Shown: positions 23,901-38,000 of the stretch, piece by piece
How positions within the stretch are numbered: position 1 is the stretch's first letter
How the letters are laid out: each line of letters starts with the position of its first letter
Assembly (NCBI RefSeq): GCF_964194025.1
Contig: NC_134477.1
Coordinates: 12,710,001-12,774,000, forward strand
Reading direction: 5' to 3'
Origin: Convolutriloba macropyga
Taxonomy: Eukaryota
Length of the DNA: 64,000 bases
Translations under genes and position numbers: made by a program
The notes under the pieces: model-generated
The model's input: the letters and a program-made list of their open reading frames with translations, nothing else
What the model was told of the DNA's origin: nothing
Database searches by the model: none

Positions 23901-26357
23901 AGGATACGGTGTCATCAATTATAAAACTGCTCAGTTGCTGAGTCCATCCGGAAAAAACTGCATTGCTCTACCCCCGACTAGGCTCTGTAATAATATCATC
24001 TTCATTATTCTTCTAGTTTTCATAACTGTTTTATCTGATTAAAATTGAATTCGTATTTTTAGAACGTTTTTTCCCGCATTTAGTAAAGGCTACCGACAGC
24101 ACTGTGATTGATTTTTTTTATCCCACAAGATAAAAACAACAATGGTTGTTTTGGTTACAATCCAACGGTTTGAGGTCCACGAAAGCTGTTTCCACGAGAC
24201 TATCAGATTCCACCATTTCTATGATAACGGCAAAAATTTAAACAAAAGGTGTTGGGGATCAATTTATGGTGCTAAAGGCTCAGTGTATAACAAAATTCAT
24301 CCTTATTTTGGTTTTGCTTGTTGAAATCAAGAGAACAGCTTAAACACACGTGCGTTTGAAATCGGTTATAAATTATCTCCATCTGTGAAGTTCTTCAAAA
24401 AAGTTTATAATGTTGATAATTATTTTTCATGGCTCATAGACCAGTGAAGGTATTAAAGGCTTTTTATACAACTTTTTTTTATTTGTGGCCAAGTTTTTGT
24501 GGCCAATAATGGCTGAAAAAGAAAAAGTTTGACCGATTTAAAACTATTTACTCCATTTCGGGAAAGGCTAACTTCAATCAGTCTCAATATCTGTATTTTC
24601 ATCAAAAGTTCTAAAAACACAAATAATCACAATTGAAGTATGATTATATATAAAATCTCGTAACACAAAAGACTAGTATATAAGCTCCCGCATCTGTGCT
24701 TCTGCACAGCTACTTCTGTCCTTCCATTGAATTTATTTGAAAATATTAGTTTCCGCATTCAAGAGTTATTGTTCGCCGAAAATGTATGTTCAATAAGTAG
24801 CATTACTGATGTTGATTTGTGCAGTTTGTCATATTTCAAGAGGTTTACAGAAAAAAAAAGTTTAGCAGTATCATTAGTTTTCTGGTACTGTTTCCGTTTT
24901 CGCGTTCGTCTGACTTCAACTAACTGTCAAATGCGATCTTATTCCCATAGCATTATAAAAACCTGGTTTGAGGCTAGCTGCTACTATCATTTCATATCCT
25001 GAAAAGACATAGAATGCAGCCCTTTCAAAAGGAATAGTTTTTCAGAAACTAGAAAGCGCTGAATAAAAAACAATTACAACAAATGATCTTATAGCAAATA
25101 TCTTATAACTAAACTTACGACAAACAATTGGTAACTTCTCGTTTAATTCATGTTAAATTCAAAAGTACATAAAAATTTTAAAAATATTTTCTTAATCTAA
25201 CCAGGACTACTTTTAGGAAGACATCTAGTAACTTTGTATTAACGGAGAAATAATTCGGAGAAACATCTTGCTATTAACGTTATTGAAGCTGAGATAAGCG
25301 CAAGAAAACTGAAGTAGAAATATAACGTCTGCAAAAGCCCGAACATTAGTTGAATATATCATTATCTGAGGAACTTATCATTAAAAAATGCTTCCAACAA
25401 CAGATGACTCGAAATCACAAAATCTGCTTTTTACTCCCAAGAATTTTTGGCCGAAATAGTACAGTGAAAAGCTTCAGCTCTTAAAGACCAAACAAAATTT
25501 TAAAACCGTTTAAAAATTCCAATGTTTATTTCTTAAAAAAATAAAACAACAAACGTTTTGGCGGTGAAAAAAGTCAAATTGCGAATCAGGAAACTTGATA
25601 TACACACTTGTTATACAATTTATCAGAACTGAATTTAATATTCAGTACTGATATCTGTTAATTCCGCATGGAAGTACTCTGAGACACGATATCACATGAT
25701 AAAAGTTATCAGTGTTTTGAATAGTTTATGACACCTTGTCTGAGAAAAAAGAGGGGATTTAATTTTTCTTTTATTTTAAAAGCTCATAATATCCAGCTTA
25801 AACTCTTACCAATACTATTTAAAAGAGTAATTTAAAAATGGCATTATTAGTGACAATTTGTCATTCGTTAATTCATCCTCTAATTAGGAACCAGCAATTC
25901 AAGCGGATTAGTGCTTCTCAAATCATTGTTTCCTAATAATGCTAAGTTATTACTAGTATTTCATAACTATTTTGGTTAATTTTGAGGCAGACGTTAATCC
26001 ATAAACATGGCAAGTACTGCTAAATGGTGTGTAAATTAACAGTAATTAGGGAGAATGAATAAAAATTAGGTTTCAGATTTTCAGCCATAATCGTGATTCT
26101 GTTGCTTTGATTTTGCAAAAATTTAAATCCTCCCATTTTTTGGAAACACGCTATTGAATATCTAATTGTTAAAACTTTTTTTCATTCAGGTTGCTCACAG
26201 ATTTTCAGTTAACCATTCGCTCCGGCCGCAAAAATTTGATCATTTATTAATTTTTTAACCAAAATTAAGGAAATCAAATCAGTGTCAATCGCGCTTATTT
26301 TTAATAAACTTTTAAGATTTTACACATTTTTTTCAATTTCTCCTATATTTTAAAACG

Positions 26358-28078
26358 ATGAGTTGTTTTCTCAGCCGAAGTGATTATTTGGGCAGCCAAT
26401 CGGGTTTATGCAATCAAGGTCAATTAGCCGACATTTCGGGATGTACAGTTACACTGAATTTGGCCACAAGAACAACAGCTCAGATAGCCACGGATGGCAT
26501 TATGTGCAGTTTGACAAGAAATGAACAGGTAATTAAGCCCGTTTTGTCCCAGCTTTTTACCACTTAAATTTGTTCTTCGTTCAATCATATTCAGCATAAA
26601 CAACTGTACTCGAACTAATTTTAAAGCTTTCTGGTAATTAGTTTTTTTTGTTCAATTTATGAGAAAAATATAGGAACTAAACCATAGCACAGAAAACATT
26701 TTTCATTTGCATTTTTGTGAAGAATAGAGTTTCTAAAATTTTCGATCTTCGATCACTAAGTTATTCTTTTTAAAGAATTCTTAAATTGGTTGTTTTCCTG
26801 GTTTAACGGCAATTTGAGGAAAAGGCTTTATTTCCATTTAACCATCTCAATTTAATTCTGTCACCACCTGGAAACTTTCATTTCCTGGAAATAGCATACC
26901 AAACCATACTTTAATTGATATTCAAAACACGTGAAAATATTTGCGTCAAAATTTTATCATTAATGCTAAAATGATACCTCATTTCCGGTATCTATTAATC
27001 TTTTCACGCCCATCAATTAATTCACACAAGACTCATTTCGTTTCAGGTCGAAAACAAGAATTGCGAATTCAACACGGACGTCTTAGCTAGTAGTTTGCAA
27101 AGCGTCCTGACACCTGCCTATGATTACCAAACATCAAAACTCATCTCTAACAACTCCGGCCGAGCAAATTCTCAATCACTGTACCATCAAACCAGCCGAC
27201 AAACACCCGAAGACACAGTCGCTTTCTCGTCTAAAATTCCGTCTCAAAAGTCTGGTACATTTATCAGAAGAAAACCTTTTCAGAGAGATTTCCAAAAGTC
27301 GGATACAATGTTTGGCACGTTTACAACGCATTCCACCAACACTATCCCCCATTCAAGAATTTCAGCCACATCGGGGTTCACCGAAAGCAACCACGCCAGA
27401 CTTCTCGCCAGAAATGGACCGCTGATTTTCCCGTTTGGGGAGGAAAACACGCTTGTGATTGACTTCACAGAAGCTAGAAAAGCAGATAAGAGTAAGGAAT
27501 TTTCCCGTGGACGACCTATGTGGATTTATAACAACATGAATCACGAAAGCGACGAAGAAGATAAAGAAAATTCAGCACCTCGCAAAAATTCGACAAAAGT
27601 CAACAGAAAAGCAGAGGACGTTTCGGCTTTGTCTCATCTAGCACCCGGATCAAACCCGGACCCGTTTAAGACGCAAAGCTTTTTAGCTCCAGGACGACCA
27701 AGCGCTTTCTGTCCAGTCAGAAAGGCGAACCGAACATTCTCTCCTACTGGAAGCGGCAAATCTTTCGAATCTTCGAGCAGTTTGGAAAATACTCAAAGCG
27801 GGTCGCAAAATGGTAGCCAAGAGAACGTTGGAAACTCCGAAAGACGAAGCCGACCTGGCCGACGACAGTACCGAAACGGCGACAACCAAAAACCAGGAAG
27901 AAACGTCAACAAACCCGTGAAAGCGCAAGGTCACATGAAGGTCGTTGGGTCAAGTTCCCCATCGTCACCCGATTTCAAGGTCGACAAAGCGCACCCAAAG
28001 TACAAAACCGAGAGGTGTGTCAACTTTCCGATGGGTCATTGCAAGTTTGGCGACAACTGTGCCTTTATTCATCAGTAA
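26358..28078 (+). CDS. CCCH zinc-finger RNA-binding protein (TIS11/ZFP36-like finger, single and C-terminal); join(26358..26528,27047..28078), ~400 aa
   Basis: The long ORF ends KYKTERCVNFPMGHCKFGDNCAFIHQ*, i.e. a KYKTE lead-in plus CX7CX5CX3H. The frame is open back to the acceptor tttcag|27047. An upstream ATG exon 26358-26528 ends GAACAG|gtaatt in matching phase 0. The first exon is less certain than the second. Confidence 0.82.
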
Positions 28079-29058
28079 CAAATTTACATAGACAATGGGT
28101 TCGATCCCCGGCAAGTGCCAAAACTTAGAAAAGCTCGATATGTTATTTCGACATTTAGAATGTTAGTTATAACATATTTAGTTTAAGTTTTCGTGTTTAG
28201 TAAAAATGTAAACGTATGTACACCTTTTGTCTTTATCTAGTCATTAACTTGCTGATTTATAACTTGCTGTTTATGATTTTTCATAACTTGATGCACAAAT
28301 TTGAAAGTTTTCAATTTCACTTAACCGATATTTGAAAAACTGTTGAAAAATTTTGGTGATACATTTTAAAGTATAATGTTCCAATGATTGTTCTCCGATA
28401 ATTCTCTGTAAATACCTTTCTTCGTGCAATCAACTAAACTAGTGTGAGCTGTTTTAACTACAAAATACACCTGTGTTATTTTGTTATTAACTGAGCTGTA
28501 ACCAGCTTGATATTATTAAAATCATTGCATTGTGTGTGTGTGTGATCATTTATAACTAAGTTAACTTAGTTTATAAATACTTTTTGTGGTCGTGACTTAA
28601 CTGACAACTTTTACTGAAACGTGTGTTCATTCAGATATTGAGTACTTAACGTGTGAACTTTTCATTACAACTTTGTTTTTGATTGTCTTGAAAGAGTAAT
28701 TCAAATTTTAGTAACAAGAATATTCTTTTTTTCCAAACATTACAACTTGTACATATAGCTACACTCTGCTTAAAAAAATACGAAATTTACACCGCAAAAT
28801 ATCTGCACATATAAATCTGCATACCTATGTTCGGTTGTATAGATTTAAGAAGAAAAAATCAAGGTTAATTGGAAGCGTGGAAAATTGAAAACTTTCGAAA
28901 AGAGTTAAAAAAAATCGGTGAACAATGCTAAATACAACTTAAACTGCACGTCTAATAGTTTACTTAAATATTGCTCGATCGGCTTGCTATTTAATTTACT
29001 CGAAGTTCTATACGGACCAAAACGTCTCTCTTCAAATTAATTTAAATCACCTGTTATC

Positions 29059-32000
29059 ATGGCCGATGATTCGAAACCTAGCGATAAACAGACACAACCG
29101 TCTGATTTCGAACAATGGCGTCAGCAGCACTCCCCATTTCGATCTAATGAGACTCCCAGTTTTTCGGCCACTAGAGGCACCAGCAGCAGAGCTAATCAGA
29201 GTGCTCAAACGTGGAAACAGAAAGCTATGGAACAGGAGAATGAAAGCGAATATTACAGGAAAGTTTTGTTGAAATTGTTTTTGAAATAAACATTGCTCAT
29301 TTGTTACGTTATTTTCCAGTTTGATTACACTCACAGAAAAGAATGGGAGTAATTACTGAGCTAAGTTAAAGCTAACCAAGGCATTATTAATTTTTAGTTT
29401 TGATTGATCAGTATTCAAAAAATCTATAAAAAAGATTAAAAAATAGCTCTGGTGGCACCAAAAACCATTAAACATCATGGATTGCAAAGTGGATAAAACC
29501 CCCAGGTTGAGGTGCCAGACCGAAAGTCGATATGTCCAGACCGTCCCAGACGGAAAGTGTCTATGTCCAGACCCTCCCAGACGGAAAGTGCCTATGTCCA
29601 GACTTTCGTGCGTTCAAAATTTTTCGTGCGTTCATCGTGCGTTCAAAACTCCCTATGTCCAGACTTTCGTGCGTTCAAAATGTTATATGACCAGACTTTA
29701 GTGCGTTCCAAATTAAAATTCCATTATACACAGGCTGCGATTTTACCTAATGCCATTTTACCCAATACCAACTAACCCAATGCTCTTTGGTCTTTTCGTT
29801 CAATTATCTGATTATAATTTAGCAGTCGTTATTATAAGGATGTTTTAAATTGTTTATATGGACAATATAATCCCATGTTCGGTTAAGATTGTTTCATATG
29901 AAGTCCCACGGGCATTGGGTATAATGGCATTGGGTAAAATGAAATAGGGTAAATTGTCCTGACACTATTATTAACATTCAGCAATCTGACATGTGTGTTG
30001 TTCGTTTTTCTCTCCAAACGAATGGGAAAAGTTCAGGTGTAGCTTCTCGTATAAGTTATGAATTGTTTTTCAATAGCCTTCTTCCTCTTGATGATTTTTT
30101 TAGGTTTTCCATCACCAATATGGGACTCTTATCGCTTGCTCTGTCTTTTGAAAACAAAAGAATCTATATTATCCAAAAAATCCTTGGCTTGGTAATTTGC
30201 GTTCGCACATAAATTTCCTAAGCTGATCATCTACATATTTCACTTAATTGTCTACCAAATGAGGAAGAGTTTAAAAAAATTAACATATCAACATATCATT
30301 CAACAAATTACAATATGAATAAAACAGTCTACCCTAGAGGGCCTATGAGACCTGTGACTATCATAATATGACTACCAAAAAAGACGGCGATAAAATCCAA
30401 ACATTTACAAATATTAATTACGACCAAAACTCGTTGTCCATTTTGTGAAAAAACTTATTAACCAAATCAAAATGGCATCAGATCAAAATTATACTAAGAG
30501 GATTAACCAGTAATTTATATAAAAAAATGAGACTTTTCCTCGATGGAACTTGGTAACAAGCCTACGAGAAATGAGCAAATCGGCAAAGTTTAGAAAAAAA
30601 ACCGCTTTCTTTGAAAAGAATTCATTTCAAACTGATTAGAAAGATTATGCATCAAATAAAATCATTGAGAAGTTCTTTAAAAACTACCTAGAGAGCGATT
30701 GAGACCTCTCATTATCCAGGGTATGTCATAAGATTGCAAGAAACGACAAATACAGGCAAAAAGGAAAAATTTGCACAACAAAATTTGAACGAAAAAAATT
30801 GCACGAAAACGATGTCCCACCCAATTGAACTCGAAGCTGTTCATTAAAAACATTGAAAATCATTGATTTTTTTCCAATGACGCGAGGGCCGCCCATTATT
30901 GTGATACAAAGAAAAGATAACAAAAACCTACAAAAACGGGCGAATATGCAAAAATCTCTAATATTGTGTGAAAACTGATTGTACCAAAAGACAAAGACCA
31001 TTTTAGACCAAAGACAGAAATTAAATCGTTATAAAAAGCAAAAAATAGTTCAATAGATAACAGTTGTGACCTGTCTATAGAAACGCTAAGCTACAAATTA
31101 ACAGACACAAGATTGGCATATCTCAAACATCCATTCTCTTTTAAAAAAAACAAATACTTTTAAAGTTCACTGCCAGCGTAAGCTTTCGATTAAAAGAGTA
31201 GACAGTTTATCTTACAACTTTCTAGAAAACTAATTGCCACTGTCATTAGTGAGACTAAATCTTAAGCCTATATTACATTATAGACTTAACATTAAAACAC
31301 AAAATTAAATACAAGCTGCACTAAAAAAATTCACAAACAACTTTACGAAATCACAGTTTTGAAGCCATTAAATTAAAAAATATATTACAATTTGTAAAAG
31401 TTTATAATATAAAACATAAAATGTGTTAAGCTCACATATGTATCTATAGGTGGCCACTGAGACAATTAATTATCCAATATTTGGCATACGACAACAAAAA
31501 TAACAACAAATAGAGGTTAAAAATAGAAAACCCAACGAAAATCGGCAAGAAAACGGTGTCGCAGCCCTTTAAACCTTATGTTATGAAAACAAAATGTATG
31601 TTCAGTTACCAATTTTTCGAAGCTTTTTTCAGTTGAATTGTTAGGTAATGTGACAATTTACCAAAGAAACAAAAATAACAGCAAAAATAGGACACTATTC
31701 GAAAAAATCAAAAAAATTGTGTCTGAAAAGTCGTAATTCTAAATACAAGAAAACTTTCTGTCAAAACACTTCGCCAAAAAATAGATTGTACTCTATAAGT
31801 AAGGAAGTTTTATTTGTATTTTGCTGAGAATAATCAAAAAGTTGACTGAAATAATTATAATAAATTACAGTTTCAAAAATCACTGAATTTTTCCTAAAAG
31901 AAATACTTTCAATGACAAAAGAGACATTAGGTAACAACCGAATGCATGGTACAGGCTAACTTACACCTCTTGAGGAAGCCATTTGGATCTTGAGTGGTTG

Positions 32001-35000
32001 AAATTAGTAATCAGACTGCAAAAAGAATAAAAATTGAAGGCAAAACACAAGATTTCAGTTGAAGTTTACAAAAATTCTTCCTCAAAGCCATAAAAAAATT
32101 CTTAAGTTCTCTGAATACAAGCTAAATCTATATTCGGCATTTTCGGAGTTGTCATTATTGAGGTCATGAACAAAAAACTTTGTCAGTAACTAGCATTCAA
32201 AAGACAAAAGCAAATTATTTTGAAAAAAGAAAGCACCAAAATATAAATTAAAAAACTTCTGATTGTAATAATCCATAACAATATCTAACCTAAAACCGAT
32301 CTTGCCGCGCGCCCAACAAACCACGCAAGTGTTCCAAGGGTTTGAGAATAAGACCAATTGTTGAGTGAAATTTGTCAAATATTAAAAAAACAACGATGTA
32401 TTTTTGTATAATCTGCAAGTTAAATCTGCAAAAAACGACAAAATTTTAATTCCAGAAAACTTTCAACGGTGAGCCTAGTTTAAACAAAGGCTCATTTCGA
32501 TGTTAAGTAGTCTTTGTCAAGGTTTCTAGGTCACTATGTCTGGCAAACTTTAACAAAGTGGACAAAAAAGCATACATTTTGCAATTTCTCACGAGAAAAG
32601 TTCGAATTTTGAAAATGTTATCAAATTTATAGCCAAAAAGCTTCAATCAGACAATTAAGCAACAATTTTGTATCTCTAAGGGTAACAATAACACTCTGCC
32701 GTTAAAAATTTCAACTTATTTTGACTTATATTAGCGAAATTGTGCCAAATTTTAGCAAAAACTACTGAAAATGTGAACAAAAACAGTCGAATGTTCACAA
32801 ATTTTTAAACCTCGATAACTCCCTGTAAAAAACGAAAATAAAAAAATCTTTTTAATTCCGTATTCTACGCTGGAAGGGCTTTTCAATGATACCAATCACA
32901 ACTCTCGACGATGAATATATTGATCGGCCAAAATTGTCTGAAAAAAAAAATCCCAGTTGAGTATATAGTTCCTCCCTCCCCACTAAAGTGGGGGTCGAAA
33001 CAATTATTTTTGCGAATGCAATTTTATCATTATTCGCTACTCGCAGTTCTGCCTTTTGTTTTAATTGTTATCATTTAAAACATACTAAGCTGACTAAGTT
33101 GATCAGTTTCATAGTTTCAATGGCGCATTAATTTTTTATTGCTTCTAGCTTTCTTGGTACTAGGCAGGTTGTACATTTTATTATTGATACATATTATTAT
33201 TATTAATATTTTTGTTATTGGAAAATAATTTTTGTAGGAAGAAATTGAACGAGACCAAGAGTGATTTGGTAACGTTGCAACAGGAGGCAGCCTCGTCTGA
33301 AATAGATCACGCTCGAGAGATAGCCGAGACACAACTCAGTTACGAAAAGGTACCATGACCTAAACAAAACCACTTCTGAGTTTAATAATTGGCAAATTTG
33401 CAAACATATCAATCACATGGCAAATTTTCGTTTTTCTTTGTGTATGTGATCCTAGGATTGAAATTTTGTAGTTGTAAGAGAGTGTAGATAAGGATTCAAT
33501 TACATAGTTCTAGACATTCAAGTTTGCCAAGTTTTTTGTATCTGTTTTAAGTTGCGGGAACAACCAACTCGTTTTGGCTGCGATAAGGACAAAAGTCATT
33601 GTTTTTTCAAGTTTCACTTCAAGTTTCAAGTTATTAACCAAAAATTGTGTATGCTAGACTTTTACTCGACTCAGAACTCTGATTTTAAATTCTCACTATA
33701 GGTCATAAAGTTTCAAAAAGTGCTCATTTAGAATTTATTGGTTTTCAACTCAGCCTAGGCATCACTGCGCTGCAAATTTATTAAAAACATCAAACTATAT
33801 GGCTCTTTGTTCTCTAGGATCTGAACGCGTTGAGGAAAGAAAATGTGGAAGGACTGGAGAGACTACACGAACAAAGGAGATCTGAACTGGAAGAAAGTTT
33901 GGATTTGAGAGATGAGATTGCCAGACTGGAAAATGGTTAATAAAGATATCCAACTTCACATTACAAACTGAGCTACTATCAAGTATTCCAAGTCAGTTTG
34001 CTCGTAGAAATAATTTTGGAAAGTTTTGGACTCATGAAAAAAATTACTGTATGTACAGCTGTTTGACCGTCGGCTATTTCAGCTATTGCAAATAACTTTA
34101 TCAAATTATCGGACTAAAAATAAACAAAAGTGAAGAGTGGAACTTGTAGTTAAAACTAAGTTGTCATGTAGTTCCTTTGGAATTGTTTTTGATTGCATAG
34201 CAAATCCAAAAGTGTCCACATCATCAAAGTATATGATAAGAAATGCAGAAAAAATCAACTTTAATTTTCAATTTTAATCATATTTCTAAAAATCAGCTGT
34301 ACAAAAGAGGAGACTTGGAAAAAAAATGCTGTTGAAAGAATCTCACAAACAAAAGATTTTGAAAAAAAATAGGAGAAAAGTTCGATGCAAAAACAATGGT
34401 CGATTTTGCCTTCTCATCAGATTTCTTTCCCAAAGCTGCAATTTAGGATTAAAATAAAACAGTTTATAAAGAGAACTAACTGACCCAGTTAGAACGAATT
34501 GCCCTGCAACGTCTGACTGGGATGTAAAGTAAAAAAGCCTTATTTTAAGTAGTAAACGGCCGCCAATTGAGGTCACATTCTTGAAACTTGGAATCAGCTA
34601 GCAATTTAGATCACGCAAAAAGCCAAAAAATAAAGACGTAAATGTCAATTGAAAAACCAAACACGGTCAAGCTAAAGTTTTGCACACCCACTACCACAAT
34701 TATTGACTCAATCGTAACTGGAGAGCAATAAAATGCTTGAAAAAAAAAACAAAATAACGGTTTTGCTTGAGGGCTTATAACGAAATTTTGACAGCATGTC
34801 AGGATAATTTTAACAGCAGCCTCGTTTCTTTTAAATTGAGGAACTAGAAAAGTGTCGGGTCAAAAACAACATGAGTAAATGAGAATTGGTCTGATCGGAA
34901 ATTAAGAAAAAAAACCATCCAGAAGATTACAAGAGCGATCTGAAAAATTATTCTAATTGGAAAAAATTAGACAATAATTCAAGATTTCTAGAACTAACAC

Positions 35001-38000
35001 ATAATTGAGAAACCTTCATTTAGAATAAATCTTCTAAAACAAAAAAAACGACAAAAATTGTCTTAAAAAATGACATATTATTAGTGTGCCTCTCTGAGCT
35101 CCAAGTTCTTTTTGCAATAAAAAACTCTTAAAGCGATGAAATGTTTTGTTCTTAAACTTGAAAATGACAAAAAATAGACAAAACCGTCAACAAATCTGTT
35201 TCTCCTCACCAAATTTAAAACCCAAATAAAAGGGCATGAACAATATATTCAGATTTGCACAAAATATCATTTTGAGATTATTTCAAACAGGTTGTTAAAA
35301 TTGCTATACGCAAAATTGACGCCTGTAATTAGAAAAATTGCGCAAATTTTTTGTAAGTTGGTTATTGTGCATTAAAGACACGCTGTATTTTAAAATCAAT
35401 TGCATTTTTCTATAATTAAATTATTTCGAAAATAATTTGAAGAAACTGCACCACATCTTCAACTCTTTGTGTCCTGATCTTCTCTACTTGAATCATGATC
35501 TTTGACAACTTACGGCATTTCTATATAAATGCAGATTATGCACACATTAACATGAACAAAATTCAACTAAATGTTATAGCTAATTACTTTCATTCTATCT
35601 ATCTCCATTCAGTTATATATGATTACGTACAACTATGCCGACGTAATACTATGCCGATTATAAGAGTGCCGAAAATTTATTCAATTTTTCACCCGATAAA
35701 TTTCGAAACTGCTATTACCAATTCATTATGAATTAAATGCTAACCGAATAACGTTTTCAAAGCAACTAGGGCACGCTGGTCAGTATTCGGTTGTGATAGA
35801 TTCATATCAAGTCCCACGGGCCGCTGAGGCATGGCCGTGGCCCGCAATTATCATTGTTTGTTTTAAATATTTCTCCCTCCAATTATCTTGTCCTGATAAA
35901 TAATAAAATCCAAAATCTCACAACTTCATTGTGATTGGGTCAGAAATTTTGCGCTCATTTCAGTTAAAGTGATTTGATTGGTTTAGAAATTTATCGGGAG
36001 AAAAAATGAATATATTTTCGGCACTCTTATAATCGGCATAGTATTACGTCGGCATAGTTGAACGTCACCAACTTAAGTAGTACAATAAGCTTAACTTAGG
36101 GCGGGCTACAAGTTATTTAATTTTGCATGCGCGTAATGTAAATGATTGGTATACAAATTAGTGCGAATGTTAGCGAAGCGATTTGGGGAATTAATCGCCG
36201 ATTTTCGCAACGATTTTGCCGCCAGAATTGGCTGCCGAGATTAGCGACGAAGAAAGACAATTTGGTCGGCGATATTCGCATTGTCGCTGATCTTGGGCAA
36301 AATTGCTACGAAAAACCAAGAAATTCCAGTTGTTTGCTTCTTATTTAGGCAGTAGTAAGAGTTTTTGCTCAAAAACGAAGAGCAGGCTTTTCGTTAGTTC
36401 AGTGATTTAATTATCTATGCCATCATTGCTATCCTCAAGTAATCTGATAGCAACACTTAGCTCTTCAGAGACTTATGTTAGACTGCCCAGATGGAGGTTC
36501 CAAAGTCTATTGGCGTAAGATAAGGAAAGCGTAGTCATCATGCTCAAGTTTTTTTTTTGAGTGACGTGTTTGTGCTGAGTGAATAACGTGAAATCCAATT
36601 CAACAAAAGTTTACATCTAGACCATATCAACAAAAAACGTCTATGTCCAAACTTCCGTGCGTTGAAAAAAATTTGTGCGTTCTTCATGCTATGAAAAGTG
36701 CGCATATCCACATTTTCTTGTGCTCATTTATACATCCAGACAGTGACCGCGTAACATTGAACGCTCAACAAACAACAATGAACGCGTTCTTTTGAACTGG
36801 ACATACTCACTTTTGGTCTTGGTCAGCCTGGATATATAGAGTTTTGTCCGAGAGGGTAGTGCTTGCGCGCTTAGTTTATGCCAATATGAAAATTTACAAA
36901 AATAAGCACTTCAAATGAAAAACTTGAAAGTATGGTTAATCAGTTGTGTCTCGTATTTACGAATAGTAAATAAAGGTACACTTTATCCTAGTTAGTTGCT
37001 CATACGTCTTCACGATAGAAAATGCTAAAAGTTCAATTGAAGTTTATGATTTTTGTCGTGGTCGATAACACGGGTCAAAAGAATTCAATAAATTGAATTT
37101 TAAATTAAAATTGGATCTGAAATTATACTAAAATTAGCACGTATTTATAGTACATATCTATGCAAAAAGATACAGAGAAAATTTAGATTACCTCAAAATA
37201 TTATACTTGATTGACATGTGAATGATCACCTGGAGTGAACCATCATAAATTTAGAGCTTCAAAGTCAACCTCAACCTTCAGAACCCACATTACCCACAGG
37301 GCAACATCCTGAAGAAACAACCCACTCCCAACCCCATCAACGACCTGTCATCTTCGATTCCGAGTTACGTCAATTACTCACAACCTGTGACATGATCAAT
37401 TCATCGCTTCAACAACAACATCAACAAATGAGTGAAAATGCTAATCAGAGGTCAAAAGAGCAGACTGATGAAGAGTTGAAGCGATTGAGAGATAAAGTTC
37501 AAAGTTAGTTGGGACAGATTTGGATTAAAACTTTGGTACTATAAATGTATAAAAACATAATTTTCGGAATATATTTCAATAAGCACGGTTGAAGAGAACT
37601 AATCAAGGTTTCTTAATTTTCCTTTTTTTTCTCGATTTATTGAATTGAATTGAGTAGCAACATAGACATGATAAATTACACTTCATATGAAGTCACTTAG
37701 ACATTAAAACGTTACAATGTCCATTTTTTTGCTCATTTTTCCTTAAAATATTAATCTAATCTACTTTGTATTTGAGGTCTGATTTCTATTATAGAGATAA
37801 ATTGAGATATATCATTACTAACAGCAGTGAGTCACGGTAAAGTATTTTTGTTTTGAGCAAAAAAAATAATGGCAGTTTTAAACCATAAGCCGTACTGTTT
37901 TCTCAATAGCTTGTGATGTCGGTGTAAATAAGCACAAATTAGTCGCTCTGCGCTCTGAAAAGCTCCATTAAATTGAAGAAAAAGTATTTTGATAATATAA

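Noticed and set aside
24000-25000. Possible decayed LINE endonuclease region on the minus strand
   Set aside because: Only faint similarity (e.g. IICVFR); too degraded to call without an alignment.
28076-28186. Possible stop-codon readthrough (TAA CAA ATT, then 35 open codons)
   Set aside because: TAA is the least leaky stop, the context does not match CARYYA, and the extension has no second finger.
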